Part shown: one piece after another, positions 1-8,910 of the stretch
Layout: the number at the start of each line of letters is the position of its first letter
Numbering within the stretch: position 1 is the first letter of the stretch
Source of the DNA: Elusimicrobiota bacterium
GTDB lineage: Bacteria; Elusimicrobiota; Elusimicrobia; 2-01-FULL-59-12
Direction: 5' to 3'
NCBI GenBank assembly: GCA_038241515.1
Contig: JBBSDO010000002.1
Coordinates: 1 to 40,049 of the forward strand
DNA: 40,049 nt
Position numbers and translations under genes: made by a program
Notes under the pieces: generated by a model
Databases searched by the model: none
Seen by the model: only the letters and a program-made list of their open reading frames with translations
Told to the model about the DNA's origin: nothing

Positions 1-856
1 CGACTTCGCGAGTGATTTGGTGGGTGACAAAGGGATTTGCGTCCCGGTCCCCACCCATCCAAGAACCGATTTTCAAGAACTCCGGCACCCGGATTTTTCG
101 GCCGTAGAATTCATTAAGTCTTCGCTCCAGCTTTTCCATCGCTCGCGGAACACGGTCAAAAAGAACTTGGTCCAAGTAAAAAAGACCGTTCTCCGCCTCG
201 TCGACCGGCGTAGGACGGCGGCGCCGAATCTCATCCGTCTGCCAAAGGGCCTCGATTTCCAGGCGTACCTCCGCAACGAAGCGATCTTCTTCCTCGGGGG
301 TCAACCGCGTGTGCTCCCGGTCAATAAGAAGTAATGCGATTCGAAGGAGTTTCGTAAGTACTGTTTGGCGCTGCGCCTCAGTGGGATGCGCCGTTAAAAC
401 AATTTCAATCGAGAAATGATCCAAAAAGTGCTGAATTTCAGGGGGTGTCACGCCACGGGCGCTTAAGCGGAGCGCCGTTTCGTCGATGGATCCGCGCTGG
501 GGGGCCCGATCCGACAGGCCCGCGTAATAGCGCTTCCGGCGAATTCGGTGCACTTCTTCCGCGAGGTTCGTTAATTGAAAGTAAATTGTAAACGCGCGAA
601 TCACTTGAGTGGTGGTTTCCAGATCGAGTTGCTTCATCCACTCGAGGAGCTCCTTCTCCTTAGCCTCGTCGAACTTTTGACGCAAATTCGAGGTCGCCCG
701 TCGCACGTGCTCGACAGAGTCAAAAACCCGCTGGCCCCCTTGACGCCGAACAATCTCGCCAAGCAAACGACCTAAAAAGTCGATATCCCGGCGTAGGGGA
801 GCAAGTTTGTCCGCAGAAGAAGACGCCGTGGAAATGACCGCTTCCTTCGATTCCAT
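1..856 (-). CDS. ppc: phosphoenolpyruvate carboxylase, N-terminal ~285 codons (rest lies beyond the window start)
   Basis: Manual translation of the minus strand from the ATG (complement of 854-856) gives MESKEAVIST...LRRDIDFLGRLLGEIV...FSIEIVLTAHPTEAQRQTVL...GSWMGGDRDANPFV. It carries the PEPC signature VLTAHPTE-x2-R and the GSWxGGDRDxNP motif. The frame is open down to base 1, so it is missing from the ORF track. Confidence 0.9.
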   Translation of the reverse strand, partial: MESKEAVISTASSSADKLAPLRRDIDFLGRLLGEIVRRQGGQRVFDSVEHVRRATSNLRQKFDEAKEKELLEWMKQLDLETTTQVIRAFTIYFQLTNLAEEVHRIRRKRYYAGLSDRAPQRGSIDETALRLSARGVTPPEIQHFLDHFSIEIVLTAHPTEAQRQTVLTKLLRIALLLIDREHTRLTPEEEDRFVAEVRLEIEALWQTDEIRRRRPTPVDEAENGLFYLDQVLFDRVPRAMEKLERRLNEFYGRKIRVPEFLKIGSWMGGDRDANPFVTHQITREV

Positions 857-886
857 CAGAGCAAAATCATCTTCACAGTGGCCTTT

Positions 887-2755
887 TTATGAACATGTCG
901 GTTCCATCTTTTGTCGTTGAAGGTACACGAGAAGCAAGCTGATATCCGAAGGCGTGACACCCGGGATTCGGCCGGCTTGGGCAATGGAGGTAGGGCGAAT
1001 GGCCTTAAATTTTTGGCGGGATTCCGGTTGGAGACCCGCCATGGTGTCGTAATCGGTCTCTGCGGGAATCTGCTTACGTTCCATGCGGGCATAGCGACTT
1101 ATTTCGCTCTGTTGGCGCTTCAAATAGCCGTCGTATTTGATTTGGATTTCAACCTGCTGTCGGACTTTTTCGAGAGACCAGGGGAGAAGAGCTCCCCGCT
1201 CACCATTGGGGGAGAGTGAGGGCTCTCCATTCATTAGCCATTCCATGGGAAGCCGCTCTCCTTGACGCAGCCGCTTCGCCAAAGAAATATGCAATTCGGA
1301 ATCACGCGTGCTTTCTAAGTGTTCCAAGTTGCTTCGCACTAGGGCGCGGTAGTGATCAAATGCGGCGAACGCTGAATCGTCAACCAGTCCAATGCGGCGA
1401 CCATGGTCCATCAAGCGAAGATCTGCGTTATCCGACCGAAGCAGCAGTCGATATTCTGATCGCGACGTAAACATTCGGTACGGTTCATCAATCCCTTTCG
1501 TCACTAAATCGTCAATCATGACGCCAATATAGGCTTCATCTCGTTTAAGAACAAGCGGCTCTTCTCCTTTGATCTTGAGGGCCGCGTTGATGCCGGCCAT
1601 CAGACCTTGACCAGCGGCTTCTTCATAGCCGGTTGTTCCGTTGATTTGCCCAGCGAAGTAAAGATTGGCCACGAGCTTCGTTTCAAGCGTGGACAAACAT
1701 TGCGTGGGAGGGCAATAGTCGTACTCGACCGCATACCCTGCTCGCATGATTTCGGCCTTTTCAAGCCCTGAAATGGATTGCACGATTTCGACTTGAACAT
1801 CCTCTGGTAGGCTGGTCGATATGCCATTCACGTAAACCTCGTCAGTGTGATAGCCCTCAGGTTCGAGAAAGATGTGGTGCCTCGTCCTCTCGGGGAATTT
1901 GACCACCTTGTCTTCAATTGAAGGACAATAGCGGGGCCCTTTCGATTTAATGACACCTGAATAGAGGGGGGACCGATCTAAATTGTTACGAATAATGTGA
2001 TGGGTCATTTCGTTGGTGTAGGTAATCCAACAAGGCAGCTGTTTTTGGTTTAAGTGTTCGGTGAAATGAGAAAAGGGAAGGGGCGGCTCGTCTCCGGGTT
2101 GGCGCTCGCACACCGAGTAGTCAATTGTATTGCCGTTCAGGCGAGGCGGTGTGCCCGTCTTCAGCCGCCCTATTTCAAAACCTAACTCCCGTAAGGGATC
2201 CGATAGAAATTGGGATGAATGTTCTCCGGCGCGGCCGCCCACGTTTTGGGTGAGTCCCACGTGCATCAGACCTTTCAGAAACGTGCCTGTCGTTAAAATG
2301 ACGGCCGAACCTTTGTAAACGGTTCCTGATTTCACTTGGACGCCCGAAGCTTGCCCCATTTCAGTCAGCACTCGAACTGTTTCACCTTGCTTGAGATCCA
2401 AATGCGCTTGCTGTTCGATGACATGCTTGAGGGAGAATTGGTAAAGCTTCTTATCGCATTGGGCACGAGGAGATTGGACGGCAGGTCCTTTCGTGCTATT
2501 GAGCACGCGAAATTGCAACCCGGCACGGTCCGTATTCCTCGCCATTTCGCCGCCGAGGGCGTCCACTTCTCGAACGATTTGGCCTTTTGCCAGGCCCCCA
2601 ATGGACGGATTGCAGGACATTTGCCCCACGCTATCAAGATTCATGGTCAAAAGAAGCGTCGGAATTCCCAGGCGCGCGGAGGCGAGCGCCGCTTCACAGC
2701 CCGCGTGGCCCGCGCCGACAACAATGACTCCATAGGTTTTGGGATAGGTGTACAT
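887..2755 (-). CDS. mnmG: tRNA uridine 5-carboxymethylaminomethyl modification enzyme MnmG (GidA)
   Basis: 622-aa ORF. The N-terminal FAD fold is VIVVGAGHAGCEAALASARLG, followed by MSCNPSIGG. Length and motifs are typical of MnmG. Confidence 0.97.
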   Translation of the reverse strand: MYTYPKTYGVIVVGAGHAGCEAALASARLGIPTLLLTMNLDSVGQMSCNPSIGGLAKGQIVREVDALGGEMARNTDRAGLQFRVLNSTKGPAVQSPRAQCDKKLYQFSLKHVIEQQAHLDLKQGETVRVLTEMGQASGVQVKSGTVYKGSAVILTTGTFLKGLMHVGLTQNVGGRAGEHSSQFLSDPLRELGFEIGRLKTGTPPRLNGNTIDYSVCERQPGDEPPLPFSHFTEHLNQKQLPCWITYTNEMTHHIIRNNLDRSPLYSGVIKSKGPRYCPSIEDKVVKFPERTRHHIFLEPEGYHTDEVYVNGISTSLPEDVQVEIVQSISGLEKAEIMRAGYAVEYDYCPPTQCLSTLETKLVANLYFAGQINGTTGYEEAAGQGLMAGINAALKIKGEEPLVLKRDEAYIGVMIDDLVTKGIDEPYRMFTSRSEYRLLLRSDNADLRLMDHGRRIGLVDDSAFAAFDHYRALVRSNLEHLESTRDSELHISLAKRLRQGERLPMEWLMNGEPSLSPNGERGALLPWSLEKVRQQVEIQIKYDGYLKRQQSEISRYARMERKQIPAETDYDTMAGLQPESRQKFKAIRPTSIAQAGRIPGVTPSDISLLLVYLQRQKMEPTCS

Positions 2756-3462
2756 CAGTCCTCTTTCAGATAGTCGACGATTCCCTTGGCCAGCCCTTGA
2801 GCGAGGCGGTTTTGGAATTCGTCTTTGGCGAGATCTTTCGCTTCAGGCTTGAACGAGAGCACGCCCAGTTCCACAAGCACCGAGGGCATTCTTGCCGTCA
2901 CACTCACAAAGCTTCGGCGATGCAGGCCGTTATCGCGGTGGTCCGGCACGGCTTTCACGAGGGCGTCCCTTAGCGCCTTAGCCAAATCGCGACTCCCCCA
3001 GCGGTAATAATAAGTCGTAAACCCTTTGAATTTGCGGCTGCGATTCCAATCACAATGAATTCGCACATAGGCATCCGCGCGCAACGTATTGGCCAGAATC
3101 GCGCGCGCCCGATTATCGGCCGACTTCCGCGGACTGTAACGCCAGGGATTGTCCGTCGTGCGCGTCAAAAACACTTTGGCCCCCTGCTCCTCAACCAATG
3201 GCACGATCTTGGAAGCCACTTTCAATGCGACATCGCGCTCCCAAACTCCCCGTCGGGCCCGGGCTCCGGGATTAATCATCGCGCCGGATTCACTTAACAC
3301 GGCATGTCCCGGATCCAGCAAAATCACCTTTCCCGCCAGAATCTTCGCCGATGCGAAAGCGGGAGCAATCGTCGATACGGCAAGAATCGCGGCCGCTAAG
3401 CCAAAAAGGAACAGCTGACACGCGTCAACTTTTTTAGGGAGTGGGGGAGAGCTTCCTCGCAA
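2755..3462 (-). CDS. N-acetylmuramoyl-L-alanine amidase (Amidase_3 type), secreted
   Basis: 235-aa ORF with a TTG start. A hydrophobic signal-like segment LFLFGLAAAILAVSTIAPAFA is followed by VILLDPGH ... ANTLRADAYVRIHCDW, typical of AmiA/B/C-type zinc amidases. The stop overlaps the mnmG ATG by 1 nt (TGATG). Confidence 0.85.
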   Translation of the reverse strand: MRGSSPPLPKKVDACQLFLFGLAAAILAVSTIAPAFASAKILAGKVILLDPGHAVLSESGAMINPGARARRGVWERDVALKVASKIVPLVEEQGAKVFLTRTTDNPWRYSPRKSADNRARAILANTLRADAYVRIHCDWNRSRKFKGFTTYYYRWGSRDLAKALRDALVKAVPDHRDNGLHRRSFVSVTARMPSVLVELGVLSFKPEAKDLAKDEFQNRLAQGLAKGIVDYLKED

Positions 3463-3471
3463 TGACGGCCC

Positions 3472-3918
3472 TTAGGGAATTATATAGACATGATCGCCGC
3501 GTCGCGCGCGAGCCGTCACTTTGATGCCGACGTCCGATTTCGGGCCGGCTAAAGCAACCGATTGGTGATCGATCTGCATGGAGTCCACCGTTTGCTCGAA
3601 ATTGGTCGTATAGCCCAGGACATGTAAATGGCTCCCTACCGCGAGCTTCTCAAGTAGGGTTACTCCAATAACACCGACTTTCGCAAAATAGTCCTCCACG
3701 TAGCCCAAGAGCACCCCATTGACGGGAGGAATTACCTCTGAGCGCGGATGCGATTGAGTCTTCTTTACTTTCTTGACAAGGGGTTTCTTGGCCTTGTTTT
3801 TCTTAGGAAGTACTTTTTTAGTGGCACGCTTCACGGCCATGCGGACTTTACCGGTCTTCTTCGTTTTTCGCACGGGGGCTCTTTTTTGGCGTTTGCCTTT
3901 GGCTGGTTTCTTTTTCAT
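3472..3918 (-). CDS. hypothetical protein with a Lys-rich N-terminal tail and a small C-terminal beta-barrel-like domain
   Basis: 148-aa ORF. The first ~55 residues are K/R/A/P-rich ([23 protein letters not shown]...). The C-terminal ~90 aa (GYVEDYFAKVGVIGVTLLEKLAVGSHLHVLG...) resemble EF-Tu domain-2-like barrels; this is from memory and unverified. The ATG overlaps the stop of the upstream CDF gene (ATGA). Confidence 0.6.
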   Translation of the reverse strand: MKKKPAKGKRQKRAPVRKTKKTGKVRMAVKRATKKVLPKKNKAKKPLVKKVKKTQSHPRSEVIPPVNGVLLGYVEDYFAKVGVIGVTLLEKLAVGSHLHVLGYTTNFEQTVDSMQIDHQSVALAGPKSDVGIKVTARARRGDHVYIIP

Positions 3919-4823
3919 GCAGTCCTCCCTTCCTCAATACGTTCCATATTCGGCCAGGATTTCGACTCGACTTGAATCGTCGTGTGGACGATCCCAAAGC
4001 GTTCTTTCAGACCCTTCCCTATGACCTCGAGGATGCTGCACTGGTTTGGCATTTGATCGGGTCCCAGCAACACGTGCCCGGAAAGAGCATTCAGGTGCGA
4101 GCAAATACTCCAGACATGCAAATCGTGTACGGAGACAACTCCATCGACGCGCATGATTTCACTTTCCACGTCCAACACGGCGATCCCCTTGGGCACTCCT
4201 TCGAGGAGCGTGTTCACGGCATCTTTAAGTAGACTTCCCGAACCCCAGAGCACTACCACCGCAGTCAGAGCACTGACGATGGGGTCCACACGCGTGGATT
4301 GGGTGAAAATCATGATAATCGCTCCGAACATCACCGCCAGCGTATTAAGAGCATCGCCTAGGAGGTGCAGCAGTGCGCCGCGCATATTCATGTCTTCTTG
4401 AGAGTGCTTATAAAAGAGGAGGGCTACGATCAGATTCAGTACAAGACCGGTCCCGGATAGGAGTAGCAGGCGGGTCGCCGCCACCGGAACGGGATGGAAA
4501 AAGCGCTTCCAAGCGGCATAAAGAATCCCTGCTGCGATGATGAACACGGTGAGTCCGTTGATCATCGCCGCAAATACTTCCATCCGGTGGAGGCCAAAGG
4601 TGCGGCGGTCGTTTACGGGTCGTTTGGCCACATAAAACGCGAATAAGCTCACGGACAGAGCCCAAATGTCTATGAAAATGTGCCAAGCGTCTGACACCAA
4701 TGCGAGAGAATGAGTCCAAAGGCCGCCGAAGAATTCCAATAGAAAAATGAAGAACGTCAGCAAAATTCCGATCTTGAGGAGCCGTTGGGACTCCTCCATC
4801 GGATGTTCGTGTGGGGGTCTCAT
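3915..4823 (-). CDS. cation diffusion facilitator (CzcD/ZitB-like) metal efflux transporter
   Basis: The protein has six hydrophobic segments, [15 protein letters not shown] in TM2, [10 protein letters not shown] in TM5 and a C-terminal cytoplasmic domain (VHDLHVWS). The maximal ORF reaches 4871. Starts at 4823 or 4799 are more likely because they leave room for the divergent rpmH promoter. Confidence 0.85.
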   Translation of the reverse strand: MRPPHEHPMEESQRLLKIGILLTFFIFLLEFFGGLWTHSLALVSDAWHIFIDIWALSVSLFAFYVAKRPVNDRRTFGLHRMEVFAAMINGLTVFIIAAGILYAAWKRFFHPVPVAATRLLLLSGTGLVLNLIVALLFYKHSQEDMNMRGALLHLLGDALNTLAVMFGAIIMIFTQSTRVDPIVSALTAVVVLWGSGSLLKDAVNTLLEGVPKGIAVLDVESEIMRVDGVVSVHDLHVWSICSHLNALSGHVLLGPDQMPNQCSILEVIGKGLKERFGIVHTTIQVESKSWPNMERIEEGRTA

Positions 4824-4850
4824 GGAGATGAATATTCTATAATACGCCCT

Positions 4851-4991
4851 ATGCCTAAACGAACCTATCAACCGAATGTGCGCCGTCGGGCAAAAACAAT
4901 CGGATTTCGTGCAAAAATGAAAACCTCTGGTGGCCGCCGCGTCTTGAAGAACCGACGCGCTAAGGGCCGGTGGAAGCTCATCCCCGAGTAG
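4851..4991 (+). CDS. rpmH: 50S ribosomal protein L34
   Basis: [46 protein letters not shown], 46 aa, the canonical L34 sequence. The start is taken at the internal ATG of ORF 4785-4991. Confidence 0.97.
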   Translation: MPKRTYQPNVRRRAKTIGFRAKMKTSGGRRVLKNRRAKGRWKLIPE

Positions 4992-5087
4992 AGGCTAGAC
5001 TCGGAGGGCCGGTGTGTCGGAAAGTCGGTGCTGAGCTTTTCCCCTTTCTCCAACACACTGAAATTCGGGTTCCCCGGTACGCCATCA

Positions 5088-5462
5088 ATGAGTTATCGGT
5101 TCACGTGGGATGAGCGGCTGCATCGCAAGAGCGATTTCACCCGGGCGATTCGACAAGGCCGCCGTTATTCCACGGCGGTTTTAATTTTATGGGTAAGCCG
5201 AAGCCGTGAAACTCCTCCGGCTCCGGCACGATTGGGGTTGGCCATTCCAAAAGCATATGGAAATGCTGTTGATAGGAATCGCCTTAAGCGTCTGCTGCGT
5301 GAAATATTTCGACTGAACAAAGCCCGACTGCCGACCGGAGTGGATTTGGTCTTTTCCGCGCGGCACAAGCCGTCTGAGCTCCGGTACAAAACGCTCGAAC
5401 CCCTTGTTTTAGATCTATGGACAAAAGCGCATCTCCTTTCGCCGCCCTTGACGCCAGTTTAG
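5088..5462 (+). CDS. rnpA: ribonuclease P protein component
   Basis: The gene lies directly after rpmH. The basic ~124-aa product begins MSYRFTWDERLHRKSDFTRAIRQGRR and contains AVDRNRLKRLLRE (RNR motif region). The conserved order rpmH-rnpA-yidD-yidC supports the call. Confidence 0.9.
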   Translation: MSYRFTWDERLHRKSDFTRAIRQGRRYSTAVLILWVSRSRETPPAPARLGLAIPKAYGNAVDRNRLKRLLREIFRLNKARLPTGVDLVFSARHKPSELRYKTLEPLVLDLWTKAHLLSPPLTPV

Positions 5463-5668
5463 CGATCATCCTCCGTTCGCTGATTCGAGTGTATCAATGG
5501 GTGAGCTTTGCGGTGCCGCACCGTTGTCGCTTTATCCCTTCTTGCTCAAAATACATCGACCAGTCCTTGGCGGCGCGTGGGTTTTTTAGGGGTTTGCCTT
5601 TAGGTCTGGGCCGGCTTCTCAGGTGCCACCCTTGGAATCCTGGCGGCTACGATCCCGTTAATAATTAG
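5417..5668 (+). CDS. yidD: membrane protein insertion efficiency factor YidD
   Basis: 83 aa containing LIRVYQWVSF..RCRFIPSCSKY....G...G..LGLGRLLRCHPWNPGGYDPV, the YidD consensus. It overlaps the 3' end of rnpA. Confidence 0.9.
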   Translation: MDKSASPFAALDASLAIILRSLIRVYQWVSFAVPHRCRFIPSCSKYIDQSLAARGFFRGLPLGLGRLLRCHPWNPGGYDPVNN

Positions 5669-5677
5669 GAGAAATTT

Positions 5678-7216
5678 GTGGAAAATAAAAACTTCCTGTT
5701 AGCGATTGCCCTTTCGATTTCGTTTCTCTTTATTTGGTCGGTTTTCGTCGTTCCACGGTTTTCTCCACCTCCCCTGCAAGCGCCGCCCGCCCAAGCTTCC
5801 CCCAAGGGTGAGGCCACGGCAGTCCCGTCCGCCTTGACGGCTGCCCACCCGGAAGATGCGCGATCCCCAGCGCAGTCCGCCGATACCATTTTACGGAACG
5901 AGAGGAATGAAATCGTTTTAGCTCCCCTAGGGGGCGCTGTCAGGAATTGGCGTTTGAATCTCAAAGGTCAAGAAATCGACCTCGTGAACAGCGGGGACGG
6001 AACGCCTTTGCCGTTGTCTACGTTCAATGTACCCTTTCACATCACGCAAACGGGCAGTCAGGCCGTGATGACCGCTACTTTGACGAATGGCGTGAAAGTC
6101 ACCAAAACCTTAATTCTCAGCTCTAGTGGTTTCCTAAATAATTTGGTGATACACCTGGAAAACCCTTTGTCCCAACCGGTAGAAATCAAAAATTGGGAGT
6201 TGGGATGGGGTCCTGGCCTAGGAACAGCTCCCTCCGAAAGAAAAGAAAATAGCCGCCTCACACGTGCGCTTTCTCTAGGAAAGATCACATCGCATTATCT
6301 TAAGGCGGGAGAGTACCCGGACGCTGGCCAGTGGGCTGGCATCGATAACCGTTACTTTATGGTTGTCTTTATCCCGCCCGCTAATGTTCATCCACAATTT
6401 ACGGTGAGTGGCAGCAAAGAGCAGACGGTGGTCAGTCTACGCGATACGACTTCGATTCCTGCCCATGGCCAAGTGACACTCGAGTACCCCTTCTATGCTG
6501 GGCCCAAGGGATACACGCAACTTAAGCAGTATGGAAAGCGCCTCGAAGAAGGCGTTGATTTTGGGACCTTTAGCGCCGTGGGGAAAGTGATTCTCAGCGC
6601 GATCTATCGCCTGCAAGGATGGACCGGCAACTACGGCTGGGCGATCGTGATCTTGACGATTGGACTTCAGACCTTGCTATTACCCCTAACCCTCAAAAGT
6701 TTTAAAGCGCAGATGGCCATGAAAAAACTGCAGCCGCAGATTGCCGCTATTCAAGCGCAATTCAAAAGTGATCCCAAACGTCTCAACATCGAAATGATGA
6801 ATGTCTATAAAAAGACCGGCACCAATCCTTTCGGTGGGTGTTTGCCGATGCTTCTTCAACTCCCAATTTTCTGGGCGCTTTTTACAACACTGCGTAACGC
6901 CTACGAGTTGCGCGGAGCCCCGTGGATTGGTTGGGTCCACGACCTTTCTGCCGCTGATCCTCTCCATATCCTGCCGATTGTGATGGGTGGGGCCATGTTT
7001 TTCCAACAGCGTCTCTCGGGTGCGGTGACGGATCCCACCCAGAAGCAGATGATGATGGTGATGCCGATCATGTTCACAGTCATGTTCTTTAACTTCCCGG
7101 CTGGCCTTGTTCTGTACTGGCTTACGAACAATCTGCTAACCATGGGCTTCCAATATGGGTTCCAGCAATATCAAAAGGAAACCCCGCGAGTGATTAATAC
7201 CACGATCGTGAAATGA
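5678..7216 (+). CDS. yidC: membrane protein insertase YidC
   Basis: 512 aa with a GTG start 6 nt after AGGAG. It has an N-terminal anchor, a periplasmic domain and the conserved C-terminal core (WAIVILTIGLQTLLLPLT, KLQPQI, GCLPMLLQLPIFWALF, LYWLTNNLLT). Confidence 0.95.
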   Translation: MENKNFLLAIALSISFLFIWSVFVVPRFSPPPLQAPPAQASPKGEATAVPSALTAAHPEDARSPAQSADTILRNERNEIVLAPLGGAVRNWRLNLKGQEIDLVNSGDGTPLPLSTFNVPFHITQTGSQAVMTATLTNGVKVTKTLILSSSGFLNNLVIHLENPLSQPVEIKNWELGWGPGLGTAPSERKENSRLTRALSLGKITSHYLKAGEYPDAGQWAGIDNRYFMVVFIPPANVHPQFTVSGSKEQTVVSLRDTTSIPAHGQVTLEYPFYAGPKGYTQLKQYGKRLEEGVDFGTFSAVGKVILSAIYRLQGWTGNYGWAIVILTIGLQTLLLPLTLKSFKAQMAMKKLQPQIAAIQAQFKSDPKRLNIEMMNVYKKTGTNPFGGCLPMLLQLPIFWALFTTLRNAYELRGAPWIGWVHDLSAADPLHILPIVMGGAMFFQQRLSGAVTDPTQKQMMMVMPIMFTVMFFNFPAGLVLYWLTNNLLTMGFQYGFQQYQKETPRVINTTIVK

Positions 7217-8613
7217 TTTCTTCTCAAGATACGATTGCCGCCCTCGCCACTCCTGTTGGAGAAGGAGGCATTGGCGTCATTCGGGTCAGCGGAAGCGAAT
7301 CTATTCCTGCCGTCGATACCATTTTTCGTTCCGCTAAGATCACCCACCTCAGTCAAGCCGCCAGTCACACGTGTTGGATTGGAAAACTATATGCGAATAA
7401 GGGGAAGGAACCCCCTGAAGTTATTGACCAGGTGGTAGTGACGGTCTTTCGTGCGCCTCATAGTTACACCGGTGAAGACGTGGTCGAAATTTCTGCTCAC
7501 GGAAATCCCCTGCTCCTGGACCGAATTCTGAGGGCCTGCCTTAATCAGGGAGCCCGCCTAGCCGGTCCCGGCGAGTTCACAGAACGTGCTTTTCTCTCAG
7601 GCAAAATGGATCTCACGCAGGCTGAAGCCGTGGCTGATTTAATCCGGGCGAAGACCGACAAGGGCCAAGCCGCCGCCGTGGCGCAAATGGAGGGCCGCCT
7701 GGCCGGAAAAATTCGCGGCTTACGAGACCGTCTCCTTCCGCTCTTAGCCCACGTCGAAGTGGGCTTGGATCATTCTGACGAAGACCACGATTTTCTAAAG
7801 CGCCAACAACTGATATCGGGATGTCAGGCGCTCGAGGAAGAAATTGCGGCCATCCTGGACTCGGCCCCACTGGGAAAAGTGTTGCGCGACGGATTGCGCG
7901 TCGCGCTTTTGGGAAAACCGAATGTGGGGAAATCTAGTCTTCTCAATTCACTCTTAAACGAAGAACGTGCGATCGTCACTCCCGTTCCGGGGACGACTCG
8001 CGATACCCTTGAAGAAACTCTAAATTGGGACGGAATTCCCGTGGTATTGACGGACACGGCCGGTCTGCGGGAGTACACGGGGGATCCCATAGAAGAACTA
8101 GGAATCGCCCGATCCCGAAAAGCCGCCGCCGCCGCGGACCTCATACTTGGCATCTTTGATGGGTCCGGGCCTTTCTCATCGGAGGACAAACAGGTTATTA
8201 AGGAATGCGCCGCATTTCCCCATATCTGGGTAGTCAATAAATCTGATTTGCCCAGCCAATGGAACCTCAGCGAATTGGCTCGACTGAACGGCGGCGCTCC
8301 CGCGATTCAGATCTCCGCAAAAACGGGCGCCGGACTTTCCACACTTATCCGCAAAGTTAAGGAAACCGTCCTCGCTCAAAGCGCCAATTCCGGGGAGGCC
8401 GGGTGGGTACTCAACCTTCGTCATCAGGATGCCCTCTCACGAACCCAAGAGGCCCTGAAACAAGCACGTGAGGCGGCGAAGTCCGCGGCTTTTGAAGAGT
8501 GCGTCGCGCTAGAACTCCAAAGCGCACTTCGTTCGCTGGGGGAAATTATTGGCGAGACCCCTACGGAAGAATTATTGGGTCAAATATTCTCGCAGTTTTG
8601 TGTCGGTAAATAG
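7213..8613 (+). CDS. mnmE: tRNA modification GTPase MnmE (TrmE)
   Basis: 466 aa containing DTIAALATP, the G-domain motifs GKPNVGKSSLLN and DTAG, and the C-terminal FCVGK. The ATG overlaps the yidC stop (ATGA). Confidence 0.97.
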   Translation: MISSQDTIAALATPVGEGGIGVIRVSGSESIPAVDTIFRSAKITHLSQAASHTCWIGKLYANKGKEPPEVIDQVVVTVFRAPHSYTGEDVVEISAHGNPLLLDRILRACLNQGARLAGPGEFTERAFLSGKMDLTQAEAVADLIRAKTDKGQAAAVAQMEGRLAGKIRGLRDRLLPLLAHVEVGLDHSDEDHDFLKRQQLISGCQALEEEIAAILDSAPLGKVLRDGLRVALLGKPNVGKSSLLNSLLNEERAIVTPVPGTTRDTLEETLNWDGIPVVLTDTAGLREYTGDPIEELGIARSRKAAAAADLILGIFDGSGPFSSEDKQVIKECAAFPHIWVVNKSDLPSQWNLSELARLNGGAPAIQISAKTGAGLSTLIRKVKETVLAQSANSGEAGWVLNLRHQDALSRTQEALKQAREAAKSAAFEECVALELQSALRSLGEIIGETPTEELLGQIFSQFCVGK

Positions 8614-8631
8614 GCGCTTTTAGGAGGTTTT

Positions 8632-8808
8632 ATGCCCTTCGTTCGTATTTCCATGTTTCCTCGTGATGCGGAAGTAAAAAAAATACTCGCCAAGGAATTG
8701 ACGGAAGTGATCTGCAAACACTGCAAAGTGCCGCCTGAAGCCACCTGGATCGTATTTGAAGATATTCCCAAAGACCATTGGTCGATGGGGGGACAACTCA
8801 AAGGATAA
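8632..8808 (+). CDS. 4-oxalocrotonate tautomerase-family small protein (58 aa)
   Basis: Not in the ORF track because it is under 60 aa. AGGAGG lies at 8623-8628 and the ATG at 8632. The product MPFVRISMFPRDAEVKKILAKELTEVICKHCKVPPEATWIVFEDIPKDHWSMGGQLKG has the catalytic Pro after Met and the beta-alpha-beta length of tautomerase-family proteins. Confidence 0.7.
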   Translation: MPFVRISMFPRDAEVKKILAKELTEVICKHCKVPPEATWIVFEDIPKDHWSMGGQLKG

Positions 8809-8836
8809 CGGCGTGCTTCCGTCCTCCAGTCCTCCT

Positions 8837-8893
8837 GTGCTCCCGTTCTCCGTGGACCAAGATTTTAACCGGAGCACCGGAGAACAGGAGCAC
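8837..8893. repeat. intergenic inverted repeat (16-bp arms, 1 mismatch) whose 3' arm is part of a GGAGCACCGGAG direct duplication
   Basis: GTGCTCCCGTTCTCCG (8837-8852) pairs with CGGAGAACAGGAGCAC (8878-8893). GGAGCACCGGAG occurs at both 8871-8882 and 8887-8898. It is followed by an A-tract rather than a U-tract. Confidence 0.6.
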
Positions 8894-8910
8894 CGGAGCA
8901 CAAAAAGAAA

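Noticed and set aside
2336-2773. 145-aa plus-strand ORF, along with 2365-2637(-), 2493-2735(+) and 911-1219(+), within mnmG.
   Set aside because: These ORFs lie entirely inside the well-supported mnmG CDS, antisense or off-frame to it, and have Arg/Ala-rich nonsense composition.
4785-8613. Expectation of a replication origin next to the rpmH-rnpA-yidC-mnmE cluster and nearby mnmG.
   Set aside because: No dnaA, dnaN or parAB genes and no DnaA-box cluster are present. The gene upstream of rpmH is a CDF transporter, so the window gives no positive evidence for oriC.
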